A stretch of 64,000 nucleotides of DNA from Litorimonas sp. (GTDB lineage: Bacteria; Pseudomonadota; Alphaproteobacteria; Caulobacterales; Maricaulaceae): contig CBDBFZ010000001.1 of the NCBI GenBank assembly GCA_965205225.1, positions 24,906 to 88,905 of the forward strand, in the 5' to 3' direction. This document shows, piece after piece, positions 56,562 to 64,000 of the stretch. Every line of letters starts with the position of its first letter. Within the stretch, counting starts at the first letter, position 1. Position numbers and translations under genes: made by a program. The notes beneath the pieces were generated by a model that was given only the letters and a program-made list of their open reading frames with translations, was not told the origin of the DNA and ran no database searches.

Positions 56562-57551
56562 ATGGCTATTGGCGACAAAGCTCTCACACCCCGCTTCCCG
56601 CGCAAGGCCGAACACGCCTTTCTGGTTACGCCCCAAGCCGCCTTTGGCGCGCCGACCTATACTGGCGCGCAGGCACTGCACTATACAAGTTTCGACCCGA
56701 CCCGGCAGCAGGACGCCCAGGCGTCACCAGAATATGGCGGGGATACGGTCGGCGCCAATATCGATCCATCCGATCCGGATTTTGGCGATGTCACCGTCAA
56801 TGCGCCGTTACAGACCAATCTTTGCCTGAACGAAATCGGCTTTCTGCTCGCCTATCTGCTCGGCGCGCCGACGACAAGGGTTCTGGTTGCCCGCAAGAAA
56901 CATCGACATATTTTCACTTCCGGATCGGCGACCCTGCCGCTGGCAACCATGGTCTGTGAGGATATCGAGGGCGGCAAGGTCATAGACAGCGTCGTCCTCG
57001 CCTCGCTGGCCCTGTCCCTGGCGCAAGGCGGCGGTAAACAGATTTGCGACTTCACGACCGTCGCGCGCGACATGGTCCGCGCCGCGACCGGGACCATCGA
57101 CAGCGCCTCGGCCGCCGCCCCGCCGGCGCGTCTCTTTGTGCCCAAATCAGGCTGGACCGTGGCCATGGACAACGTCAACATTGGTCGGTTGCTTTCTGCC
57201 ACGCTCAATTACTCCGCCGACATCAACTCTGACCGCTACGTCAATTCTGGCGAGACAATCGGGGATTCCTATATCGGCGACCCCACCGCCTCGCTGCAAT
57301 TCGCCCTGCGCCATGTTAATGAGGCGCAGCGGGCCCTGTTTGATAACCATACTGTGCCTAAAGCCTTCACCCTGACCGGCGCGGCGGCGGGCGGTCACAG
57401 CATCACCTTCAAACTCCCGCGCGCCTTTGTGCCCAAACTCTTCCCGACCGCCGATGACAAGCTGCAACAGCTTTCCAGCACCGCCACCGCTGCGCGGAGC
57501 GGTAGTTCGGCGATGACCGTCACCCTGGTCAATTCGCTGGCGGGCTATTGA
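56562..57551 (+). CDS. Putative major tail (tube) protein
   Basis: 329 aa, immediately upstream of the G/GT chaperone pair and the tape measure. That is the canonical position of gpV-type proteins. Confidence 0.5.
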   Translation: MAIGDKALTPRFPRKAEHAFLVTPQAAFGAPTYTGAQALHYTSFDPTRQQDAQASPEYGGDTVGANIDPSDPDFGDVTVNAPLQTNLCLNEIGFLLAYLLGAPTTRVLVARKKHRHIFTSGSATLPLATMVCEDIEGGKVIDSVVLASLALSLAQGGGKQICDFTTVARDMVRAATGTIDSASAAAPPARLFVPKSGWTVAMDNVNIGRLLSATLNYSADINSDRYVNSGETIGDSYIGDPTASLQFALRHVNEAQRALFDNHTVPKAFTLTGAAAGGHSITFKLPRAFVPKLFPTADDKLQQLSSTATAARSGSSAMTVTLVNSLAGY

Positions 57552-58033
57552 TGAGCACGCTGCTCAAACGAGCGGACCCGGCTGTTCTGCCCGTTGGGGC
57601 CGGCTCGCTGACGTTTCGCGTTGCCAGCTCTCTGGACCGCGATGTCGCTCGCGAAACCGCGGCGGCCTGGCTGTCCCGCATCATTGCTGGCGGTGAGCTG
57701 GCCGCAGATTTCGGCATTGGCCCGCTCTCGGTCGCAGAAATTGCCGAGCGGATAGCGCGCGGTGAACGTGATCAGGATGCGACCGTGATGACGCTTTATG
57801 CGGTCGCTCTGGCCCTGCGCGTCGAACCTGTGATCGACGGGCTGACCCGCCTGGGCCCGGACGGCGCAGAACGGCCGATTGAGCCCACGCGCGCCGATAT
57901 CGGCTACCTATTCGAAGAGCCGGCTGTCATGTCGGCCTTTTTGGACAAGGCGACCGGTGACGTCTTTGCTCTATCAACCGCGGGAAACGGATCCGCGCCC
58001 GGGTCCAGCACGAACTCGGGCGCGGAAAATTAG
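57548..58033 (+). CDS. Tail assembly chaperone (gpG-like)
   Basis: 161 aa, upstream of the tape measure. It contains the slippery heptamer G_GGA_AAC near its 3' end. Confidence 0.6.
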   Translation: MMSTLLKRADPAVLPVGAGSLTFRVASSLDRDVARETAAAWLSRIIAGGELAADFGIGPLSVAEIAERIARGERDQDATVMTLYAVALALRVEPVIDGLTRLGPDGAERPIEPTRADIGYLFEEPAVMSAFLDKATGDVFALSTAGNGSAPGSSTNSGAEN

Positions 58034-58365
58034 AGTGCGATGGCTGCGCTGATCTTGGTGATTCCTGCGTTTCGGGCGGTTTGTGCCCGGACGGAGTCTC
58101 TCTCTGCCCCCGAACCGTCCACGCGCTGGAGACGCCGCTGGATCATGCGGCGCTGCGCATTGCGGGCCGTCCGTCCAACTGGATCCATGTCAGCTGCGGC
58201 CTGCTTGGGCTCAAACGCGCGGCGATCGATCGCGCCGGCGTTCGCGCGCAGCTGGACGCCAGCTTCGGCCCGGCTGAGCCCTGGCGCGCGGACATCATCA
58301 TCGACGCGATTGAGCAAGGTGGTCTCGCCGCCAGCCTTGAACATGAATCAGAGGAAACATCATGA
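57548..58365 (+). CDS. Tail assembly chaperone frameshift product (gpGT-like; -1 shift at 57982-57988)
   Basis: G GGA AAC is in the correct phase (codons GCG GGA AAC). The -1 frame is open from 57988 to the TGA at 58363-58365, which overlaps the tape-measure ATG (ATGA). Confidence 0.5.
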
Positions 58366-61040
58366 ACAATAATAAAGCCGATATGATCCTGCGCCTCATT
58401 GCCCGGGATGAGGGCGTGCGGGACGCGTTGCAAAATATGGGCAAGGACGGCAAGAAAGCTCTGCGCGAAATCGACCGCGCCGCCAAAGGTGCCAGGCCCA
58501 GTCTGAAAGCGGTCGATAATGTCGTCAATGACATTAAAAACTCGGCGGACGGCATGGTCTCGCGCCTTGGCCCAGCAGGCTCCCTGCTCAAAGGCCTCGG
58601 CCCGATCGGTATCGCCGCCGGCGCGGGGCTCGCAGCCGTTGTGCTCGCCGCACATCAACTCGGCGCCGCTGGCGAACGCGCCATTATGACGCTCGCCGAA
58701 ATGTCCCGCACGGCCGAACGGCTGGAACTGGACCCTGAACAGCTCCAGGCCCTGCGCTTGGAACTGGAACGACTCGGCATTTCCAGTGACAAGACTGATG
58801 CTGCTTTTGCTACCGCACAGAAAACCCTGTCCGAAGCCACACTCGGCACGGGAGAATTCTACTCGGCGGTAAAACTGATCAATCCAGAACTGGTTGAACA
58901 GGTCCGGTTGGCGACCACCACGTCAGAAAAGCTGGAACTGATCAAGACCGCCTATAGTGAGGCAGGGTCCGAAGCCGAGCGCAATACGATTCTGGTCCGC
59001 ACTTTCGGTGACGGCAATGTCGAAGCGGGCCTGCGTATATTGCAGATGAAAGGCACGCTCGACGAGGCAACCGGTGCCTATAAGGATCAGGGCCTTGTCA
59101 TCTCAAAAGAGCTGCTGCCGCGCTATGAAGAAATGGCGCAGCAACTCACGGCGAATGAACAGATGAGAGAGGCCGCGTGGCTACGCCTGGAATCGCGCTT
59201 TGCCGATTTTGGCTTACATTTGGATCAAATCTCAGCCAACATTTACACCGATTTTGCCGACCTGCTGCCATCAACCGGCATAGATGAAGACATCTCCAAA
59301 CTTACCCGCAGGGTCGCTGAGTTGCGCAAAAATATCGAGCGTGGTGTGTCTACTCCGGGTTCGGGTTTGGGCCTTGGATGGTCTCACCAACTTGAAGCCA
59401 CGTTAGCTCAACTGCATGCGCTTGAAAAGAAACGGGACCAGTTGGCCCAAAAAGAAACAAGCGCGTCAATCACCCATATTCCGGGTCTTGATGTACCGGC
59501 TTATTCAGGAGGTGACTCCGATCCCGGCAAAAGCGCCGCTGAGATCGCCAAGGCACAGGCCGCTGCGGCCAAGGCCCAGGCCGATCTGACGGCCGCGCGC
59601 AGCCGCGCGATCCGCGTGCTCGCTGATCTGGGCGACGTGACGGGGTTGGTGGCCGAAAAACAAAAAGGCCTAGACGAATTGGTCCAGCGCGAGCTGATTA
59701 CCGCCGCACAGCGAGATGAAGCGCTGCGCCGATATGAAGAACATCTGCACAGCCAGACCGCCGCCGTGCGCGCGTTGAAAGAAGCGGAAAAACGGGCCGC
59801 CGAGATCCGGCTGGATCTGGCCAGCAAAGAAGAAGCGGTCGACATCAAGGTCGCGGCGCGGCAAAAGGAATTAACAGACCTCAAAGATCGAGGCCTGTTG
59901 ACAAATCAACAGGTTGCCAAGTCCCTGCGCCAGTACCGCGAGGAACTGGACGGCACGGAAGCAGCACAAAAAACCCTTGAAGCGGCGCTGATCGACACGC
60001 TCGACCCGATGCAACGGCTCGCTCGCGATCTGACTGAACTTCATGAGCTGCAGGCCCTCGCCACCATAGACGATCAAGAATTCGCCCGCATCATCGAAGC
60101 CCGGACGAAAGAGGCGACCGATGCGAGTGACCGGGAGACATTTGGCGAGACGCTGGACAACGCCGAGGCGCGGATTCGCGATGCCGCCATGGGCGCCGAG
60201 GCCGTTATCGCGGCCAAAGTTGAAGCGGAACGCCAGATCCTTGAAGCACTAGGCGAGCGGCTTACCGATGTGGATGCCAGCGCCTATCTTGAGAAATATG
60301 AACAGGGTCTGCGCGATGCTGCGGATGCGGGCGGTGAATTTGCCGGAATCAATGATCTGATCGGCGATGGCATTCGCGGCAATATCCGGTCAATGGAGGA
60401 CTTTGGCCAAGCTGCACTCGGCATACTCGCCGATATCATCACCAAAGCGCTAGAAAGCTCTGATGCGCTCGGCGGAATTTTCGGAAATGGCGATTTTGGC
60501 ACGGCCATCGGCGATGTGCTGGCCTCTGTCTTTCATGACGGCACGCCTAATGTGGCGCAGCCCAAACGCACCCGCCGGATCAATGCCAGCTCGCGCCTCG
60601 CCCAGGATGAACATATCACCATTCTGCGCGATCAAGAGCGGGTCTTTTCCCGGTCCGATAATCGCGCCCTAATCCGCGCCATCAACAGTGCGGGCCGCAC
60701 GACTGTCGTGATGAATCCGGTCATGCCGCCAGCCTGGACCATTCCGACCATGGATTTCGACCCGGCAATCTATAATCATCATTATCGCGCGGCCTCACAG
60801 CCCGCGCCGGGCGGCGCGCAGGCCCAGCCCGCCTTGCCCAATATCACCATCGTCACCCCGCCCGGCGAGCCTGTTGAGCGCAAAGAATCAACCAACGCCA
60901 AGGGCGAACGGGAGCTGCTGATTCTCGTTGGTAAACAGGCTCGCCGTCAGGCCGCGCAATATCTCGCCAGCCCGGCCGGGCAAAAGCAGATGAAGGCCCA
61001 ATATGGCCTGCGCCCGACCACATTGGGAAAGAAGGGCTAG
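58362..61040 (+). CDS. Tail tape measure protein
   Basis: 892 aa. It is long, Ala/Glu/Leu/Arg-rich and coiled-coil-like, and lies downstream of G/GT. Confidence 0.85.
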   Translation: MNNNKADMILRLIARDEGVRDALQNMGKDGKKALREIDRAAKGARPSLKAVDNVVNDIKNSADGMVSRLGPAGSLLKGLGPIGIAAGAGLAAVVLAAHQLGAAGERAIMTLAEMSRTAERLELDPEQLQALRLELERLGISSDKTDAAFATAQKTLSEATLGTGEFYSAVKLINPELVEQVRLATTTSEKLELIKTAYSEAGSEAERNTILVRTFGDGNVEAGLRILQMKGTLDEATGAYKDQGLVISKELLPRYEEMAQQLTANEQMREAAWLRLESRFADFGLHLDQISANIYTDFADLLPSTGIDEDISKLTRRVAELRKNIERGVSTPGSGLGLGWSHQLEATLAQLHALEKKRDQLAQKETSASITHIPGLDVPAYSGGDSDPGKSAAEIAKAQAAAAKAQADLTAARSRAIRVLADLGDVTGLVAEKQKGLDELVQRELITAAQRDEALRRYEEHLHSQTAAVRALKEAEKRAAEIRLDLASKEEAVDIKVAARQKELTDLKDRGLLTNQQVAKSLRQYREELDGTEAAQKTLEAALIDTLDPMQRLARDLTELHELQALATIDDQEFARIIEARTKEATDASDRETFGETLDNAEARIRDAAMGAEAVIAAKVEAERQILEALGERLTDVDASAYLEKYEQGLRDAADAGGEFAGINDLIGDGIRGNIRSMEDFGQAALGILADIITKALESSDALGGIFGNGDFGTAIGDVLASVFHDGTPNVAQPKRTRRINASSRLAQDEHITILRDQERVFSRSDNRALIRAINSAGRTTVVMNPVMPPAWTIPTMDFDPAIYNHHYRAASQPAPGGAQAQPALPNITIVTPPGEPVERKESTNAKGERELLILVGKQARRQAAQYLASPAGQKQMKAQYGLRPTTLGKKG

Positions 61041-61043
61041 TTC

Positions 61044-61418
61044 ATGGCACTTGCTTCCTGGCCGTCCGGCGTGCGCGGCAGCGGCGGATCCGTGCTGCGC
61101 GACGGCTATGGCTACGCCCCGCCGGATATGGTCACCGTGTCTGATCAGGCGGCGGGGCAGAAACGCCGCCGCCGCAGCACCGCGACCTGGGAGCGCCGCC
61201 GCGTGCGCCTGCGTCTGCCCAAAGCCGAATTTGACCTGTTCGACGCCTTTGTCGCGGGTAATCTGTTCGGCGGCGTGCTGCCATTCAGCTGGCAGCCACC
61301 GGAACGCGATGCGGCGGCCCGTTCGCGCTTTGTCATCAGTGAAGGCCGAGCTTTCACCATGACCCCGGCGCCGGGCGACTCCCGCTTTGTCGATTTTGAG
61401 ATTGAGACGATTCGATGA
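61044..61418 (+). CDS. Minor tail protein (gpM-like by position)
   Basis: 124 aa, the first gene after the tape measure. Confidence 0.45.
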   Translation: MALASWPSGVRGSGGSVLRDGYGYAPPDMVTVSDQAAGQKRRRRSTATWERRRVRLRLPKAEFDLFDAFVAGNLFGGVLPFSWQPPERDAAARSRFVISEGRAFTMTPAPGDSRFVDFEIETIR

Positions 61419-61936
61419 CGGATGCGCTGAGTGCGACCCGCGCAGGGCTGGAAGCTCAGACCGCCAGTGAGGACACCGATGTCTGGATCCCGCTGCTGAC
61501 GATGCGCTGCGCGGCTTTTGATTTCACCGATATTGAGGATTTCGATGAGTTTGAGCCAGGCGTGCTGCGATTTGCGGCCAATGAAGAGGACGTGCTTAGT
61601 CGCGGCGCTCGCTTCCTGGCCTGGGGATTCGACTATCAGCCCCCGGCGCAGGGCCTGTCGGGCGGGGACGCCTCAATCCGGATGGATAATGTTGATCGCC
61701 GGATCACCCAGGCGATCAAACTTCTGCCCGCCGATACCAGGATCCAGTGCGAGGTCGAAATCGTTTTGTCCGGCGACCCGGATCATGTTGAACGCGACAG
61801 CGCCCCGTTCAACATAACGGTGATTGATTTCAACAATCTCGACATAACAGCGACGATCGGCGTCAATGATGACAGCCGCCAGCGTCTCTGCGCCTTCGCC
61901 TATGGCCGGGCCATCACCCCCGCGCTGCATGCCTAA
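61415..61936 (+). CDS. Minor tail protein (gpL-like by position)
   Basis: 173 aa. ATGA overlap with the upstream ORF. Confidence 0.45.
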   Translation: MTDALSATRAGLEAQTASEDTDVWIPLLTMRCAAFDFTDIEDFDEFEPGVLRFAANEEDVLSRGARFLAWGFDYQPPAQGLSGGDASIRMDNVDRRITQAIKLLPADTRIQCEVEIVLSGDPDHVERDSAPFNITVIDFNNLDITATIGVNDDSRQRLCAFAYGRAITPALHA

Positions 61937-62432
61937 ACCAATTCCCGATCTGCTTGCTGACATGGACGTGCCGCTAGGCTGGCAGGCGCCACTGATCGGT
62001 GCGCCCTGGGTGCTGGATGCGGCGGGTCCGGATCGCTTTGATTGCTGGGGACTGGTCAGCTGGGCCTGGGCGACGCTGGCCGGGCTGGATCTGTCGCCCT
62101 TCCGGGGTGGTGAGGCGCAGCGGGACCTTCCGAGTCGCCACGTGCAGATAGCGGCGCGCGCAGACAGCGCCATCACCGCGCAGCGTTTCGTCCGGTTGGA
62201 CCGGCCCTGTATGCTGGCGATTGGCGTAGTCCGCTTCAAACGCTTTCCGGTACATGTCGGGCTCTACGCGCAGGGGGGGCATTTCGTCCATGCTTGCGAA
62301 GATTCGGGTGCCGTCCGCCAGGACCCGGTCGATAGTTTTGCGACGCGAGCCGGATCGCGCATCACAGGCTGGTACTGGCCCGCGGCGGATGTGCCCAAAA
62401 TCATCAACCCCGAGCCATCCACAATCCGATGA
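61929..62432 (+). CDS. NlpC/P60-family tail-associated peptidase (gpK-like)
   Basis: MPKPIPDLLADMD...GPDRFDCWGLVSWAW... (Cys nucleophile) ...FPVHVGLYAQGGHFVHA... (His). The ATG at 61929 is in frame within the track ORF 61866..62432. Confidence 0.7.
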   Translation: MPKPIPDLLADMDVPLGWQAPLIGAPWVLDAAGPDRFDCWGLVSWAWATLAGLDLSPFRGGEAQRDLPSRHVQIAARADSAITAQRFVRLDRPCMLAIGVVRFKRFPVHVGLYAQGGHFVHACEDSGAVRQDPVDSFATRAGSRITGWYWPAADVPKIINPEPSTIR

Positions 62433-64000
62433 AGCCGATGGATTTTGACAAATTCACCGCGCCCCGCACCGTGTGCGTGGTTGACGGCACGCCGCTGGAT
62501 CAGGCGGTCCGAGACGCGCTGCGCGATCCGATCCTAGAACATTACGCCGTCGTGGAACTGGACGGCGTCGCCGTCGAGCGCGCCGACTGGGCCGGCACCA
62601 TCCTGACCGCCGGATCATTGCTGCGTGTAGCGCTGCGCCCGCGCGGCGAAACGGGCAAGAAGATCCTGCGCACCGTCCTACTTATCGCCGTTGTCGCCGT
62701 CGCGGCCTGGATCAGTGGTCCGAAGGGGGTCGCGCTGATTGGCAGTAAGACCGCCGCCGCAATCGCGTCTGCGGGCTTCGCGGCGGTCGCCAGCCTCGCC
62801 ATCAATGCGCTGATCCCGCCGCCGGGCTTCGGCGACGGGGCCAGGCAGGATCTGGACCCGACCTATTCCTTGACCGGAACCCGTAATCAGGCGCGACCGA
62901 GTGCAGCCATCCCGGTGATTCTCGGCTCGCACCGCTTCACACCGGATCTGATAACTGAACAATATCAAGAAGTGGTCGGCGATGATATCTGGTTGCGTTT
63001 TGGCGTTTGCTGGGGCGTGGGCCGGGTGGAGGTCGAGGATATCCGTATTGGCGACACCCCGATCAGAGAGTTTGACGGGATTCAAATCCAGCATCAGCTC
63101 ACGCCCGAGGCCCCGCCGACCACGCTGATCCGCGGTGATTTCACGCAGGATTCGGTCGGCGCGACGCTGGACACGGATTGGGTGACCCGCCGCACCGCCG
63201 CCGATGCGGCGGATGCCGAAATTCTGGTCCAGTTCCCGCGCGGTCTCGGCACACAGGACGATAAGGGCAAACCGCAATCCGTCGGCGTCACGATCCAGGT
63301 CCGGGTTCGGGTCGTCAATGCGGATGACAGCGTTGGCGCCTGGTCCGACATCGGCACAGCCGACCCGATCATTGCGGACCGGGTCGCCGAATCTCTCGGC
63401 ACAACCAGCCGGGGTGATTTCTTCTATCGGGGCGGCTTCGGCATCCCCTCCAACGCCTACGATCAATATCTGGCCGCCCTGCGCGGGCACGGCGGGGCCA
63501 GCCTGTCCAAAACCTATCGCCGGTCCGACATTAAGCCTTTCTCGGCGATGATCCCCATCGCTTTGCCGCCGGGCCCGCAATTTGACATTTCTGTCCGCCG
63601 CACCACGACCCCCGATGACACGACCACGGTCGCCGATCAGGCCGTCTGGGCCGGGCTTACCACTTGGCAGACCGCCCCCGTCGTGACCGAGCCCAGGCTT
63701 GCCACCAGCTTTTTCCGCATCAAGGCGCAGGATCAGCTGACTGGATTTATCGATGAGTTGAACGGGCTGGTTCATAGTCTGGCGCCAACCTATAACGGAC
63801 CCGAGGATTCCGGACTGGCCGAAGCCGCTCATTGGAACGGGGCTGCGCCGCGCACCACCAATCCGGCGGATCTGATGCTGGCGGCGATGCAGGGCCTGCA
63901 CAATGTCACGCCGACCCCAGATGATGAAATCCATTGGGGCGATCTGGCGCGCTTCTGGCTCTGGTGCCGGGATGAGGCACTGCGCTTCTCTTTGCCAATC
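62429..64000 (+). CDS. Fused tail assembly (gpI-like) / host-specificity (gpJ-like) protein, partial (runs off the window)
   Basis: Manual translation from ATG 62429 (ATGA overlap with the upstream stop) stays open for all 524 codons to position 64000. It reads MKPMDFDKFTAPRTVCVVDGTPL...GKKILRTVLLIAVVAVAAWISG... (gpI-like with a hydrophobic segment), then ...TGTRNQARPSAAIPVILGSHRFTPDL...WLRFGVCWGVGRVEVEDIRIGDTPI... (gpJ N-terminal pattern). It is not in the ORF track because it has no stop in the window. Confidence 0.72.
   Translation, partial: MKPMDFDKFTAPRTVCVVDGTPLDQAVRDALRDPILEHYAVVELDGVAVERADWAGTILTAGSLLRVALRPRGETGKKILRTVLLIAVVAVAAWISGPKGVALIGSKTAAAIASAGFAAVASLAINALIPPPGFGDGARQDLDPTYSLTGTRNQARPSAAIPVILGSHRFTPDLITEQYQEVVGDDIWLRFGVCWGVGRVEVEDIRIGDTPIREFDGIQIQHQLTPEAPPTTLIRGDFTQDSVGATLDTDWVTRRTAADAADAEILVQFPRGLGTQDDKGKPQSVGVTIQVRVRVVNADDSVGAWSDIGTADPIIADRVAESLGTTSRGDFFYRGGFGIPSNAYDQYLAALRGHGGASLSKTYRRSDIKPFSAMIPIALPPGPQFDISVRRTTTPDDTTTVADQAVWAGLTTWQTAPVVTEPRLATSFFRIKAQDQLTGFIDELNGLVHSLAPTYNGPEDSGLAEAAHWNGAAPRTTNPADLMLAAMQGLHNVTPTPDDEIHWGDLARFWLWCRDEALRFSLPI

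Noticed and set aside
58030-58372. ORFs 58040..58372 (plus strand, 0 frame after the gpG stop) and 58030..58344 (minus strand) as the gene between the chaperone and the tape measure
   Set aside because: The -1 frame is open from the in-phase slippery heptamer and ends in an ATGA overlap with the tape-measure start. That fits the conserved G/GT mechanism. The other two frames lack starts with ribosome-binding sites.
62678-63934. 418-aa minus-strand ORF, the only long track ORF at the window end
   Set aside because: It is antisense to the uninterrupted plus-strand I/J-like frame. That frame has the gene-order context, an ATGA coupling to the upstream gene and gpJ-like motifs.

Overview
This 64-kb chromosomal window has alphaproteobacterial-type gene order; I cannot name the species. 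It falls into three zones.

(1) 1-20.4 kb is conserved core. It holds rpsL-rpsG-fusA, ptrB-like, panD, rpsF-rpsR-rplI, fabD-fabG-acpP-fabF-mltG-gmk, rsmA-pdxA-surA, a Nudix hydrolase and an SRAP/YedK protein. It is interrupted by two near-identical ~850-bp IS5-family (IS427-group-like) insertions, each with its own 4-bp YTAG target duplication, and by one decayed membrane-protein gene.

(2) 20.4-42.5 kb is an IS-riddled, heavily decayed accessory stretch. It carries four IS1595-family copies of two lineages; two are internally deleted and three have intact 8-bp target duplications. It also carries an IS5-group element, IS3-family fragments, an rve-type IS remnant and an IS630-family remnant. 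Between them lie broken genes: YihY/BrkB, arginine N-succinyltransferase-like, FAD amine oxidase, CpcT/CpeT-like, acetyl-CoA synthetase, a SIS-domain protein and type I restriction HsdR. A few genes look intact: yaaA, a cytochrome c, nagA, a cupin and a Cys-rich repeat peptide.

(3) 42.5-64 kb is the left arm plus a lambda-order morphogenesis module of a siphovirus-type prophage. It encodes small and large terminase, a gpW-like protein, portal, an S49 protease with nested scaffold, decoration protein, major capsid and tail tube. It also has a G/GT chaperone with a canonical G_GGA_AAC -1 slippery site, tape measure and M/L/K-like proteins. A fused I/J-like host-specificity ORF runs off the window.

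I saw no rRNA, tRNA or CRISPR array. I did not find a clean, complete novel multi-gene system. The most interesting unexplained structure is the prophage left arm. There, a duplicated promoter/operator/leader cassette drives two unrelated small genes, one of them ankyrin-repeat. It is followed by a dense AGTGTCG iteron array with a perfect 15-bp inverted pair. All family assignments are from reading the translations by eye, not from searches.
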